Both the position numbers and the translations under genes were made by a program. DNA of 64,000 nucleotides from an uncultured Mycobacterium sp. (lineage in GTDB: Bacteria; Actinomycetota; Actinomycetes; Mycobacteriales; Mycobacteriaceae): the NCBI GenBank assembly GCA_964387245.1, contig CAYLWH010000002.1:14198-78197 (forward strand), given 5' to 3'. Numbering within the stretch: the first letter of the stretch is position 1; each line of letters starts with the position of its first letter. Below are positions 1 to 9,767 of the stretch, in pieces. The notes under the pieces are model-generated. The model searched no databases. It was not told where the DNA came from and was given only the letters and a program-made list of their open reading frames with translations.

Positions 1-67
1 CGCGTTGAGTGAGAAATCACGCAGACGTTGTGCGAGTGACCCTCTGCGTCGTTTCCCACTCAACGCG
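1..67. repeat. REP-like palindromic intergenic element, copy A (possibly cut by window edge)
   Basis: Terminal inverted repeat CGCGTTGAGTG (1-11) / CACTCAACGCG (57-67) and inner stem ACGCAGA (19-25) / TCTGCGT (43-49). The reverse complement of 11616-11682 aligns gap-free with 51/67 identities (hand alignment), including the identical 15-mer GCAGACGTTGTGCGA. Confidence 0.6.
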
Positions 68-160
68 AAACAGCGGTCCGGAATGCCGACCCTGCGAACA
101 GCCAGCGCGGCGCGGATGCTATGAACGACCCATCAACCAACTAGTTGACAGGAGAGAAGC

Positions 161-1312
161 ATGGCTGAAGCCGTGATCGTCGAGGCGGTCCGATCGCCGG
201 TCGGTAAGCGCAACGGCGGATTGTCCGGAATGCACCCCGCCGACCTTTCCGCCCAGGTGCTCAACGGTCTGGTGGAACGCGCGGGTATCGACCCCGGTCT
301 GGTCGACGACGTCATCTGGGGATGTGTGGTTCAAGCCGGCGAGCAGGCGCTGGACATCGGCCGCACCGCCCTACTGGCCGCCGGGTGGCCGGAGTCGGTA
401 CCGGGTGTGACGGTGGACCGGCAGTGCGGGTCGAGCCAGCAGTCGGTGCACTTCGCCGCCGCGGGCGTCGTGGCCGGCCACTACGACGTGGTGGTCGCCG
501 GCGGTGTGGAGGTCATGTCGCGCACTCCGATGGGCGCCTCCCTGGCCAACGGCGGCAATCCGTTCTCGCCGGGCTTCAAGGCCCGTTACGACCGCACGCC
601 CAACCAGGGCATCGGCGCCGAGATGATCGCCGAGCAGTGGGGCTTCGATCGCACTGCACTGGATCAGTTCTCCCTCGGGTCTCACGAAAAGGCCGCGGCG
701 GCACAGGATTCCGGTGCATTCGATGACCAGATCGTGGCCATCAGAACCGGAGAGACTCAGGACTCCGTCGTCCTCAAGGACGAGGGCATTCGTCGCGGTG
801 GCAGCATCGAGAAGATGGCGGGCATCAAGGCGGCGTTCAAGGAGGACGGAGTGATCCATGCCGGTAACTCCTCGCAGATCTCCGACGGCTCGGGCGCGTT
901 GCTGTTCATGTCCGCGGAGAAGGCGAAAGAGTTGGGGCTCAAGCCTCTGGCCAAGGTGCACACCGCGGTGCTGGCGGGTGCTGATCCGGTGATCATGCTG
1001 ACCGCCCCGATCCCGGCGACCCAGAAGGCACTCAAGCGCTCCGGGCTGTCGGTCGACGAAATCGGCGCGTTCGAGGTCAACGAGGCGTTTGCGCCGGTGC
1101 CGCTGGCCTGGCTGAAGGACATCGGCGCCGACGAGAAGAAGCTCAACCCCAACGGCGGGGCGATCGCACTCGGTCACCCGCTCGGCGGTTCGGGTGCCCG
1201 CATCATGACGACCCTGCTGTACCACATGCGGGACAAGGGAATTCGGTACGGACTGCAGACCATGTGCGAGGGTGGCGGCCAAGCCAACGCCACCATTCTC
1301 GAGCTGCTGTGA
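161..1312 (+). CDS. acetyl-CoA C-acyltransferase (thiolase)
   Basis: 383 aa ORF. N-terminus MAEAVIVEAVRSPVGKRNGG, active-site context DRQCGSSQQ, and C-terminal NPNGGAIALGHPLGGSGAR and CEGGGQANA thiolase signatures. SD GGAGAG lies 5 nt upstream. Confidence 0.93.
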   Translation: MAEAVIVEAVRSPVGKRNGGLSGMHPADLSAQVLNGLVERAGIDPGLVDDVIWGCVVQAGEQALDIGRTALLAAGWPESVPGVTVDRQCGSSQQSVHFAAAGVVAGHYDVVVAGGVEVMSRTPMGASLANGGNPFSPGFKARYDRTPNQGIGAEMIAEQWGFDRTALDQFSLGSHEKAAAAQDSGAFDDQIVAIRTGETQDSVVLKDEGIRRGGSIEKMAGIKAAFKEDGVIHAGNSSQISDGSGALLFMSAEKAKELGLKPLAKVHTAVLAGADPVIMLTAPIPATQKALKRSGLSVDEIGAFEVNEAFAPVPLAWLKDIGADEKKLNPNGGAIALGHPLGGSGARIMTTLLYHMRDKGIRYGLQTMCEGGGQANATILELL

Positions 1313-2112
1313 CCGCACCTGACACGTCAGCCTCCGCCGCACTGACCGAGCGGCGGGGCAACGTCATGATCATCACGCTCAACCGGCCGGACGCACGCAA
1401 TGCGATCAACGGTGCAGTGAGCACCGCGGTGGGCGATGCGTTGCAGCGGGCACAGGATGATCCTGAGGTGCGGGCGGTCGTACTCACCGGGGCCGGCGAC
1501 AAGTCGTTCTGTGCCGGCGTCGACCTGAAGGCGATCTCCCGTCGGGAAAACATCATGCACGCCGAGCATCCCGAGTGGGGATTCGCCGGCTACGTGAGCC
1601 ACTTCATCGACAAGCCCACGATCGCCGCGGTCAACGGCCCGGCGTTAGGCGGTGGTACCGAACTGGCACTCGCCAGCGATCTGGTGGTGGCCGAGGAGCG
1701 CTCGACATTCGGACTGCCCGAGGTGAAACGCGGACTCATCGCCGCGGCGGGCGGGGTGTTCCGCATCGTCGACCACCTGCCGCGCAAGGTGGCGATGAAA
1801 CTGTTGTTCACCGGCGAGCCGATCTCGGCGGCCGAGGCACTGAAGTGGGGTCTGATCAACGAAGTGGTGCCCGACGGGACCGTGGTCGACGCCGCACTGG
1901 CGCTGGCCGAACGCATCACGGTCAACGCGCCACTGGCGGTGTGGGCCAGCAAGCGCGTCGCCAACGGTGTCGACGACGGGGTGATCAGCGGCGAGGAAGC
2001 GGGCTGGCAGCGAACGATGCGGGAGATCGGCGCGGTGCTCAGGTCCGAGGACGCAAAGGAGGGGCCGCTGGCGTTCGCCGAGAAGCGGGCCCCCGTCTGG
2101 AAAGCGAGGTAG
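1309..2112 (+). CDS. enoyl-CoA hydratase/isomerase (crotonase family)
   Basis: GTG start overlaps the thiolase stop (GTGA). Crotonase motifs ITLNRPDARNAI, GAGDKSFCAGVDLK and NGPALGGGTELALASD. The longer ORF-track start at 1264 lies inside the thiolase. Confidence 0.9.
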   Translation: MTAPDTSASAALTERRGNVMIITLNRPDARNAINGAVSTAVGDALQRAQDDPEVRAVVLTGAGDKSFCAGVDLKAISRRENIMHAEHPEWGFAGYVSHFIDKPTIAAVNGPALGGGTELALASDLVVAEERSTFGLPEVKRGLIAAAGGVFRIVDHLPRKVAMKLLFTGEPISAAEALKWGLINEVVPDGTVVDAALALAERITVNAPLAVWASKRVANGVDDGVISGEEAGWQRTMREIGAVLRSEDAKEGPLAFAEKRAPVWKAR

Positions 2113-2117
2113 GGGAT

Positions 2118-3260
2118 ATGAAGCGACTCGTCTTTGAGTCGGAACACGAACAGCTGCGGGAGACCACCCGGCAGTTCATCGAGAAGGAGTGCGCTCCCAA
2201 CGTCGAGAAATGGGAGAGTCAGCGCCTGGTCGACCGGGAGTCCTATGCGGCGGCCGGCAAGTACGGGCTGATCGGGTTCAACATGCCCGAGGAGTATGGC
2301 GGCGGCGGCTCCGACGACTTCCGGTTCAATGCGGTCGTCGTCGAGGAACTGGCCAAGTTCGGTGCGGCATGTCCTGGGCTGAGCCTGCAGAACGACATCG
2401 TCGGGCCCTACTTCAAGGAACTGGGCAGCGAGGAACAGCTGGAACGGTGGATGCCCGGATACGCCAGCGGAGAGCTCATCGGCGCCATCGCGATGACCGA
2501 GCCGGGTGCCGGCAGCGACCTGGCCGGAATCAAGACCACGGCGGTGCGCGACGGTGACGACTGGATCATCAACGGGTCCAAGACGTTCATCTCGGCCGGG
2601 ATCAACTCCGACCTGGTGATCGTGGTCGCACGCACCGACCCCGACGCCGGGCACAAGGGTTTCTCCCTGCTGGTGGTGGAACGCGACATGCCGGGGTTCA
2701 GCCGTGGACGAAAGCTGGACAAGATGGGCCTGCACTCGGCCGACACAGCCGAACTGAATTTCGAGAACGTCCGAGTGCCGGGTAACAACCTGCTGGGCAA
2801 GGAAGGCCACGGCTTCTACCACCTGATGGCCAACCTGCCCTCGGAGCGGCTGTCCATCGCGGTGGCCGCGGTCGCCGGTGCGCGCCAGACCTGGACGGAC
2901 ACCCTGCAGTACGTCAAGGATCGCAAGGCGTTCGGCCAGCCGATCGGCAGCTTCCAGAACAGCCGGTTCCTGATGGCCGAGATGGACACCGAACTGGAGA
3001 TCGCCGAGCAGTATGTCGACCGGTGTCTGCGTGCGGTCGTCGACAAGGACCTGACCGCGGTGCAGGCGTCCAAGGCCAAGTGGTGGTGCACCGAGCTCAA
3101 CAAGAGGGTGGTGGACAACTGCGTGCAGCTGCACGGTGGCTACGGCTACATGAACGAGTACAAGGTGGCCCGCGACTACGTCGATGTTCGGATCCAGACC
3201 ATCTTCGGTGGCACCACCGAGATCATGAAGGAGATCATCGGCCGCGATCTCGGTCTGTAA
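2118..3260 (+). CDS. acyl-CoA dehydrogenase
   Basis: Starts MKRLVFESEHEQLRETTRQFIEKE. Contains AMTEPGAGSDLAGIKT and a C-terminal QIFGGTTEIMKEIIGR ACAD signature. The ORF-track 1575 start is a spurious Arg-rich extension through the upstream gene. Confidence 0.93.
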   Translation: MKRLVFESEHEQLRETTRQFIEKECAPNVEKWESQRLVDRESYAAAGKYGLIGFNMPEEYGGGGSDDFRFNAVVVEELAKFGAACPGLSLQNDIVGPYFKELGSEEQLERWMPGYASGELIGAIAMTEPGAGSDLAGIKTTAVRDGDDWIINGSKTFISAGINSDLVIVVARTDPDAGHKGFSLLVVERDMPGFSRGRKLDKMGLHSADTAELNFENVRVPGNNLLGKEGHGFYHLMANLPSERLSIAVAAVAGARQTWTDTLQYVKDRKAFGQPIGSFQNSRFLMAEMDTELEIAEQYVDRCLRAVVDKDLTAVQASKAKWWCTELNKRVVDNCVQLHGGYGYMNEYKVARDYVDVRIQTIFGGTTEIMKEIIGRDLGL

Positions 3261-3277
3261 CCCGCCTACATAGGACA

Positions 3278-3312
3278 GAAATCGCCCCTCGGCATCGTCG
3301 AGGGGCGATTTC
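3278..3312. terminator. bidirectional stem-loop between convergent genes
   Basis: GAAATCGCCCCTCG (3278-3291) pairs with CGAGGGGCGATTTC (3299-3312). It sits between the ACAD stop (3260) and the fasciclin gene stop (3348). Confidence 0.7.
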
Positions 3313-3347
3313 CGGTCGTGCGGGGCCCGTGTCAGGCCGCTTAGGAC

Positions 3348-4172
3348 TTAGGGGGCCTCAGCGGGTGCAGACCCGGTGGCGGTGTCCTCAGCGGGCGCAG
3401 ATGTATCAGCCGGGCCGTCCGATGCGGTGGAGGGGGTCGCTGAGGTCGTGGTGGTTACCGAGGTCGTGGTGGTCGTCGGCGACGTGGTCGCGGTCTCCGA
3501 CGTGGTGGTCGTCGCGGGCGCCAGCGCGTTGTCCGGGCTGAGAACCGTGTCGATCATGTAGATCTTCGAATTCTTGGCGGTGATGCCGCCACAGACCACC
3601 CTGGCGGTGTCGTCGAACAACAGGTCGCCACCCTTGCCGGTGACGGTGATCTGCTTGCCCTGCTGAGTTGTCAGCCTGCCGTGGATGTCATCGGGGCTCA
3701 GCTGACCCAGCGCCATGTGGTAATACAGCACGCTGGTCAGTTCGGCCGGGTCGGCCTTGAGGGCGTCCAGGTCAGCCGGGGCCATCGCGGCGAACGCGTC
3801 GTTGGTCGGAGCGAACACGTTGTACGGGCCGTTGTCGAGGACAGCGACCAGGTTCACGGCCGGGTTCCACTGCCCCGAGATCGCCGCGTTGAAACTGCTC
3901 AGATCAGGGTTGGCGGCCACGGCCTGCGACGCGGTCCGCTCGACCATGTCGGAAAACGAGCCCGCACCGACCGGTACCGCCTGCTTGTAGGCGTCACACC
4001 CCGGGCCTTGCGGGTCGGGGATTCGTGCCACCGGGGTGCTGACCGCCGCCGTCGTCGGCGCGGCTGGTTCCGGGGTCGACTCTTCTGCATAGGCGTTCAC
4101 CGCCGCGGGGATGGAGAACGCGATCGCGGCGAAGGCCGCGGCGGCTCCCAGCGTCTGCATGCGAGTTTTCAT
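3348..4172 (-). CDS. secreted fasciclin (FAS1) domain protein, MPT70/MPT83-like, with Thr/Pro-rich C-terminal tail
   Basis: Start chosen at MKTRMQTLGAAAAFAAIAFSIPAAVNAYA (signal peptide). FAS1 motifs NVFAPTNDAFAA and KIYMIDTVLSP. The last ~57 aa are Thr/Ser/Pro/Ala low complexity. Confidence 0.85.
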   Translation of the reverse strand: MKTRMQTLGAAAAFAAIAFSIPAAVNAYAEESTPEPAAPTTAAVSTPVARIPDPQGPGCDAYKQAVPVGAGSFSDMVERTASQAVAANPDLSSFNAAISGQWNPAVNLVAVLDNGPYNVFAPTNDAFAAMAPADLDALKADPAELTSVLYYHMALGQLSPDDIHGRLTTQQGKQITVTGKGGDLLFDDTARVVCGGITAKNSKIYMIDTVLSPDNALAPATTTTSETATTSPTTTTTSVTTTTSATPSTASDGPADTSAPAEDTATGSAPAEAP

Positions 4173-4221
4173 GGGGTCCCTTTCGAGGCTTTTGGAGGCT
4201 TGGGGGCTCCTGGTGCGCTGT

Positions 4222-4249
4222 GTAACGCTTGGTCCCAACGCTTCGTTAC
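4222..4249 (-). promoter_or_regulatory. candidate ECF-sigma-type promoter of the fasciclin gene
   Basis: On the minus strand, GTAACG (4249-4244), a 16-nt spacer, then CGTTAC (4227-4222), about 50 nt upstream of the ATG at 4172. A further GTAACG lies at 4275-4270. Confidence 0.35.
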
Positions 4250-4462
4250 GTCGCGGGATCGTCATCGATCGTTACCGGACCTGATGTCGATCCGGCCGCC
4301 CAAAGTCGTGACCAGTCGTGGAAAAGCCTAGGCGAATCTGTACGGTGCGCCCAAAACGTGCAGGTAGGACGCTTGACTGGGCGCCAGGTAGCGCGTCCCG
4401 GCCGGTGCGGCACATGCACCGCGACGGCGTGACCGCCTGCCGCTGGCCTACGGTGGGCAGTC

Positions 4463-5599
4463 ATGCGCATCCTCGTCACCGGAGCCACCGGGTATGTCGG
4501 TTCCCGCCTTGTCACCTTGGCACTGGAGCGCGGCCATGACGTCGTCGTCGCCGGACGCGACCCCGCGAAGCTGGCCCGCTTCGGCTGGTACGACCGGGTC
4601 ACCCCGGCGCTGCTCGACGCCGCCGACCGGGATTCGGTCGACCGCGCACTCGCGCACGCCGGCCCCGTTGATGTCCTCTATTACCTTGTGCACGCGATCG
4701 GCCAGCCTGGTTTCCGCGCCACCGACAATGCCGCCGCGGGGGTGGTAGCCCGGGCGGCCAGGCGGGCGGGCGTCGCGCGCATCGTTTACCTCGGCGGGTT
4801 CGTACCCGACGGCGAGGCGATATCCGAACATCTGGCCGGCCGGGCCGAAGTTGCCGACGCGCTGAAGGTCGAGGGGGGCGCCGAGGTGGTATGGCTCGGT
4901 GCGGCGATGGTCATCGGTGCGGGCTCGACGTCGTTCGAGATGCTGCGCTATGTCGGGGACCGCTATCCGCTGTTGCCGCGGCCGCGTTGGATGGACAACC
5001 CGATCGACCCCATCTCGATCCGTGACGCCCTGCACTATCTGCTTGCGGCAGCCCATCCCGCGGTGCCCGCCGGCAGTTACGACATCACCGGGCCAGAGAG
5101 TTCCACCTATGGTGCGTTGCTCGCCGCGTACGCACGCGTGACGCGCACCAGGCGCGCCGGACTGCCGATACCCTGCGTGGACCTGTCCGTTCTGACCAGC
5201 CTCAGTGGCGTGTTGCTGCCGGTGCCCAGCGGGTTGGCAACCGATCTCGTCGCATCGCTGGAATATCCGATGAACGCCTCCGAGCGACAACTGCGCGATC
5301 TGGTGGCTGCACCGGCCGGCGGGCTGACCGGTATCGAGGAGGCCATCGCGCGCTCGCTCGGCGGTGGGCGACCGCGGCCCGTCGACCGCCTCGCCGATCC
5401 GCACCACCTTGCCGACACCGACGCCGAATGGGCCGGCGGCGATGCACTCCGGATCCGGCGTCTGGCCGCCGCGGTCACGCCCGCGGTGGCGCACCCGGCC
5501 CTGCGGCTGCTCTCGGCTGTCCCCAAACCCGTTGCGGGAGTGCTGCGCAGCGGTTTGGACGCGACCACCGCGCTGCTGCCGAAGGTGGGGCTCGGGTGA
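4463..5599 (+). CDS. NAD(P)H-binding Rossmann protein (NmrA/epimerase-like SDR)
   Basis: N-terminal MRILVTGATGYVGSRLV glycine-rich dinucleotide fold; 378 aa. Confidence 0.8.
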   Translation: MRILVTGATGYVGSRLVTLALERGHDVVVAGRDPAKLARFGWYDRVTPALLDAADRDSVDRALAHAGPVDVLYYLVHAIGQPGFRATDNAAAGVVARAARRAGVARIVYLGGFVPDGEAISEHLAGRAEVADALKVEGGAEVVWLGAAMVIGAGSTSFEMLRYVGDRYPLLPRPRWMDNPIDPISIRDALHYLLAAAHPAVPAGSYDITGPESSTYGALLAAYARVTRTRRAGLPIPCVDLSVLTSLSGVLLPVPSGLATDLVASLEYPMNASERQLRDLVAAPAGGLTGIEEAIARSLGGGRPRPVDRLADPHHLADTDAEWAGGDALRIRRLAAAVTPAVAHPALRLLSAVPKPVAGVLRSGLDATTALLPKVGLG

Positions 5600-6294
5600 C
5601 CGGCCTGCCGGAACAGATCGTCTCCGTCATCACCAATGTTGCTGAGCCACAACAGGAACCGCTGAGAGTCGTGCGGCGTCGGCAGCGCAGCGTCGTCGTG
5701 GTTCTGCTCATCGGAGCCGTGCTGTTGAGTGTCTCGCTGACGCGTCGGCCCGGTGACACCAGCTTCTATTGGTGGACGTTCGCGCTCGCCGCAGTGTGGG
5801 CAGGTGGCGCATACCTGTCCGGCCCACTGCACCTGGGCAGCGTCTGTTGGCGAGGCCGCAACCGGAGTCCGGTGCTCGCCGGCTTGGGCATCGGACTGCT
5901 ACTCGGGGGAGTCTTCGTGGTCGGGGCGCTGATCGTGCGCCGGATCGATGCGCTGGCCGAACCGATCACCCGGGTACTGTCCTTCGCCGACCACGGCAGC
6001 CTGCCGTTGGTCGTCGTCGTCACGTTGGTCAACGGCGTGGCCGAGGAGCTGTTCTTCCGCGGTGCGCTCTATACCGCGGTGCAGCGACACCGCCCGGTGC
6101 TGGTCTCGACGTTGTTGTACGTGGTGGCGACGTCGGCGTCGGGCAATCCGATGCTGGGCCTCACGGCCGTCCTGCTGGGCGCGGTGTGCGCTCTGGAACG
6201 ACGGGCCACCGGCGGGGTGCTGGCGCCGGTGCTCACCCACCTGGTGTGGGGCCTCGTCATGGTGCTGGTGTTGCCGCCGCTGTTCGGGCACTAG
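5596..6294 (+). CDS. CPBP family intramembrane metalloprotease (CAAX/Abi-like)
   Basis: GTG overlaps the upstream stop (GTGA). Multi-TM protein with the EELFFRGALY motif and a later H-containing helix (LTHLVWG). Confidence 0.8.
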   Translation: MTGLPEQIVSVITNVAEPQQEPLRVVRRRQRSVVVVLLIGAVLLSVSLTRRPGDTSFYWWTFALAAVWAGGAYLSGPLHLGSVCWRGRNRSPVLAGLGIGLLLGGVFVVGALIVRRIDALAEPITRVLSFADHGSLPLVVVVTLVNGVAEELFFRGALYTAVQRHRPVLVSTLLYVVATSASGNPMLGLTAVLLGAVCALERRATGGVLAPVLTHLVWGLVMVLVLPPLFGH

Positions 6295-6306
6295 CTTCGG
6301 CTCGGG

Positions 6307-7596
6307 TCACCGCAACGGGTGGGTGATCTCGTCATCCGGCATCCGCGTCGCGAACAACGTGACCATCGCCAACAGGATCGGCGTTGTGCCGGCGACCAGG
6401 AAGATGGTCTGCATCGACAGCACCTTTGACAACGGTCCGGCAATCGCCATCGACACCGGCATGAACGCCAATGAGACGAAGAAGTCCAGGCTCGAAACTC
6501 GGCCCAGCAGCTCCGGTGGTACCCGGCGCTGCAGCAGGGTGCCCCAGATCACCATGCCCACGCCGTCACTGAGGCCGACCGCGAACGACGCGCCCGCCAT
6601 GAGTGGAAACGAGTGCGTCCACCCGATCACCGCCAAGAACAGCGAACCGAATCCCCACGTCAACATCATCGTGCTGAGATAGCGCCGCGGCGGTCGGCGA
6701 GCGGACACCCCGATTGCGCCGGTCGCGCCGCCGATCCCGTAGGCCGCCAGCACAAAACCGAACATCTTCTCGCCCTCGTCAAAGCGGTCGGCCGCGATGA
6801 ATGGCAACAGCACCTCGATCGGGCCGATCGTGACGAGCACGAACATGCTGGCGAACAGCAGCGTCCCGAACAGCCACGGAGTCCGGGTCATGAACGCGAA
6901 GCCCGCCCGCAGATCGGCTAACACATGCGGCTTTTCGCCGACCCGCTCCGTCACGAAGCTGTTGGCGACCGGCCGGGTGGCCAACAGCAGGACCAGGCCG
7001 ACGGCGGACAGGACCGCCACGGTTTCCGCCCCGAGCGACGGGAACGTCGCACCCACCAGCACACCGGCCACCCCCGGGCCGGCCGCGCGCTGCAGCACCG
7101 GTCGCACAGCGCCCTCGATGCCGTTGGCCGCCAGCAGTTGGTCGGGTGGCAGGATGCGCGGCAGATAGGCGCTGTAGGCGGGGAAGAAGAAGGCGGCACC
7201 GATACCCAGGAGCGTGGCCGCGACTGCCATGTGCCAGATCTGCAACCGGCCCAGCATGCCGAGCACGGCGACCGCGCCGACGGCCACCGTGTTGACCGCT
7301 TCGACCGCAATGATGATGGTGCGCTGAGGGATTCGGTCCGCGGCGATGCCGCCCACGAGGACGAACGCCACCAGTCCGACGCTCAGGCAGGTGGCCACCA
7401 GCGACAGCGTCGACGGGTCGTGGTCGAGTTCCATGACCTGCAGCGCCATCACGACGGTCCACATGCCCTCGGCGAAGATCAGGATGGACAGCGCCGCGAT
7501 CAGCAGGCGGTATTCGCGGAACTGCAACGGTGCGAGCACCCGCCAGCCGCCGGGCGCGCGCCGCGGCACCGGCTGCTGATCGACCGGCGTACTCAC
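6307..7596 (-). CDS. MFS transporter
   Basis: GTG start at VSTPVDQQPVPRRAPGGWRVLAPLQFREYRLL. Roughly 12 hydrophobic segments. The ORF-track extension to 7863 overlaps the next gene. Confidence 0.85.
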   Translation of the reverse strand: MSTPVDQQPVPRRAPGGWRVLAPLQFREYRLLIAALSILIFAEGMWTVVMALQVMELDHDPSTLSLVATCLSVGLVAFVLVGGIAADRIPQRTIIIAVEAVNTVAVGAVAVLGMLGRLQIWHMAVAATLLGIGAAFFFPAYSAYLPRILPPDQLLAANGIEGAVRPVLQRAAGPGVAGVLVGATFPSLGAETVAVLSAVGLVLLLATRPVANSFVTERVGEKPHVLADLRAGFAFMTRTPWLFGTLLFASMFVLVTIGPIEVLLPFIAADRFDEGEKMFGFVLAAYGIGGATGAIGVSARRPPRRYLSTMMLTWGFGSLFLAVIGWTHSFPLMAGASFAVGLSDGVGMVIWGTLLQRRVPPELLGRVSSLDFFVSLAFMPVSMAIAGPLSKVLSMQTIFLVAGTTPILLAMVTLFATRMPDDEITHPLR

Positions 7597-7726
7597 CTGT
7601 CGATGGTGGCCGAGGCATCCCCGCGGCGTCCAACGAATTTCGCTCGCGCCGACGGGTCGGCGAAATAGTTCGGGCCACTCGGACTTTCGCGCCCGATTGT
7701 CGATTTTGGGCGAAGCGGCGGCCGTG

Positions 7727-8539
7727 TCAGGTGTCGGTGAAGGTGGGGGTGCGCTTCTCCTGGAAAGCCCTGATGCCCTCGCGCAGGTCGTGCGAGTTGA
7801 GCAACACATGTTGACCGGCGGTCTCGCGGGCCAGCGCGGATTCGAAGTGCCCCAGCGTGGCACCGTTGATGGCGTGCTTGGTTTTCGCGTATGCGACGGC
7901 CGGCCCGGCCAACAGGTGCTCGATCACCTTGGCGGCTCCGGATTCCAGGTCCTCGGCCGGGTGTACGGCACTGATCAGGCCCGCGGTCAGCGCCTCGGCG
8001 GCGGACAGTCGCTCGGCCAACAAGGCCATCTTCATCGCCCGGGCACGACCGATCGACGCCGCCACCAACGCCGACGCACCGCCGTCGGGCATCAGTCCGA
8101 TCTTGGTGAACGCAAGCAGGAAAAACGCCTTCTCCGAGGCGATTACGAGATCGCACGCCAGGGCGAGCGACACCCCCACGCCAGCGGTCGGACCCTGCAC
8201 CACGGCTACGACCGGTCGGGGGAGGTTTACGATGGCCCGCACCGTGCGATTGGCCTGCAGCAGCGTCTCCACCGGCTCGTGACCGTCTGAGGCCTCGTCG
8301 GCGCCGATCCCGGCACCCGAACTGAATCCACGCCCCGCGCCGGCGAGTCGGACCACCCGCACCCGCGGGTCGGTCGCCGCGCGCTCCAACGCGTCGGCCA
8401 GGCCGCGGAGCACCGCGGGCGTCAGCGAGTTCAGGCTCTCCGGTCGGTCGATGGTGACCGACAAGACACCGCCGGTCAGATTCACGATGAGCCCGTCGAC
8501 CGGCGTCAGCGCAGCCAGTCCCGTTTCGGTGATCGTCAT
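7727..8539 (-). CDS. enoyl-CoA hydratase/isomerase
   Basis: 270 aa. Crotonase motifs TIDRPESLNSL, GAGRGFSSGAG and QGPTAGVGVSLALACD. Confidence 0.9.
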   Translation of the reverse strand: MTITETGLAALTPVDGLIVNLTGGVLSVTIDRPESLNSLTPAVLRGLADALERAATDPRVRVVRLAGAGRGFSSGAGIGADEASDGHEPVETLLQANRTVRAIVNLPRPVVAVVQGPTAGVGVSLALACDLVIASEKAFFLLAFTKIGLMPDGGASALVAASIGRARAMKMALLAERLSAAEALTAGLISAVHPAEDLESGAAKVIEHLLAGPAVAYAKTKHAINGATLGHFESALARETAGQHVLLNSHDLREGIRAFQEKRTPTFTDT

Positions 8540-8616
8540 GCAGACACCATAGATAAGAGTGGCGCGTCACAAGCAGCCCACCCGTCGGTTGGTTGGGACG
8601 TCCTGACAAGATCCAC

Positions 8617-8642
8617 ATTGCCGATCGTTATTGCCGATCGTT
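8617..8642. repeat. perfect tandem duplication of a 13-bp unit ATTGCCGATCGTT
   Basis: 8617-8629 and 8630-8642 are identical. The repeat lies in the echA/mcr divergent intergenic region, 26 nt upstream of the mcr GTG. Each unit contains the palindrome CGATCG. Confidence 0.9.
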
Positions 8643-8667
8643 CGTGGAGCCAATGGAGGTGCAGATC

Positions 8668-9753
8668 GTGGCGGGACCACTTGAGGGATTGCGGGTCGTC
8701 GAGTTGGCCGGTATCGGCCCCGGCCCGCACGCAGCGATGATCCTGGGCGACCTGGGCGCCGACGTGGTGCGGGTGGAGCGCCCATCGAAGAACCCGAACC
8801 CCAGTCGCGATGCGATGCTGCGCAACCGCCGCTCGGTGACCGCCGACCTGAAGTCGCCCGACGGGCGTGACCTGGTGCTGAAGCTGGTAGCCAAAGCCGA
8901 CGTGTTGATCGAGGGCTTCCGCCCAGGCGTCGCCGAGCGGCTGGGCCTGGGACCCGAGGACTGCGCCCAGGTCAACCAACGTCTCATCTATGGACGGATG
9001 ACCGGCTGGGGGCAGACCGGCCCGCGGGCCTTGCAGGCCGGGCACGACATCAACTACATCTCGCTCAACGGTGTACTGCACGCGATCGGCCGCAAGGGGG
9101 AGCGTCCGGTGCCGCCGCTGAACATCGCCGGTGATTTCGGCGGTGGATCGATGTTCCTGCTGGTTGGCATACTCGCGGCCCTTTACGAGCGGCAGACCTC
9201 CGGCAAGGGCCAGGTGATCGACGCGGCGATGATCGACGGCTCGTCGGTGTTGATCCAAATGATGTGGGCGTTCCGCGCCAATGGGCTGTGGTCGGACGAG
9301 CGCGGCGTCAACTTGCTCGACTCCGGCGCGCCGTACTACGACACCTACGAGTGCTCCGATGGCCGCCATATCGCCGTCGGGGCCATCGAACCGCAGTTCT
9401 ACGCCGAACTGCTGGAGAAGCTGGGCCTCGATCCCGCCGAGTTGCCCGGCCAGAACGACGTCTCCAACTGGCCGAGGCTGCGTGCGGCGCTCACCGAAGC
9501 GATCGCCGGACACGACCGCGACCACTGGGCCGCGGTGTTTGCCGACTCGGACGCCTGCGCCACCCCGGTGCTGGCCTTCAACGAGGTGCTCGACGAACCG
9601 CACGTCGCCGAGCGGGGCACGTTCTACGACTCGGGCACCGACGGCCTGCAGCCGCGGCCTGCCCCGCGGTTCTCCCGCAGCCAGCCCGGAACACCGACGG
9701 CGCCGCGGGTGCCGGGCGAAGACACCGAGGCCGTTTTGCAGGACTGGAAATAG
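8668..9753 (+). CDS. mcr: alpha-methylacyl-CoA racemase (family III CoA-transferase fold)
   Basis: From the GTG the protein reads (M)[38 protein letters not shown], close to the M. tuberculosis Mcr N-terminus as I remember it. GGAGG lies 8 nt upstream. An alternative ATG is at 8653. Confidence 0.85.
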   Translation: MAGPLEGLRVVELAGIGPGPHAAMILGDLGADVVRVERPSKNPNPSRDAMLRNRRSVTADLKSPDGRDLVLKLVAKADVLIEGFRPGVAERLGLGPEDCAQVNQRLIYGRMTGWGQTGPRALQAGHDINYISLNGVLHAIGRKGERPVPPLNIAGDFGGGSMFLLVGILAALYERQTSGKGQVIDAAMIDGSSVLIQMMWAFRANGLWSDERGVNLLDSGAPYYDTYECSDGRHIAVGAIEPQFYAELLEKLGLDPAELPGQNDVSNWPRLRAALTEAIAGHDRDHWAAVFADSDACATPVLAFNEVLDEPHVAERGTFYDSGTDGLQPRPAPRFSRSQPGTPTAPRVPGEDTEAVLQDWK

Positions 9754-9767
9754 TTGTCGGTATAGTC

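Noticed and set aside
1575-2117. Long N-terminal extensions in the ORF track (ACAD from 1575, narG from 32777, SDR from 9264, cobB to 17114, MFS to 7863, secreted protein to 63117).
   Set aside because: The extensions run through the preceding gene, are Arg-rich or low in GC3, and internal starts have SD sequences, stop-start overlaps or homolog-like N-termini.
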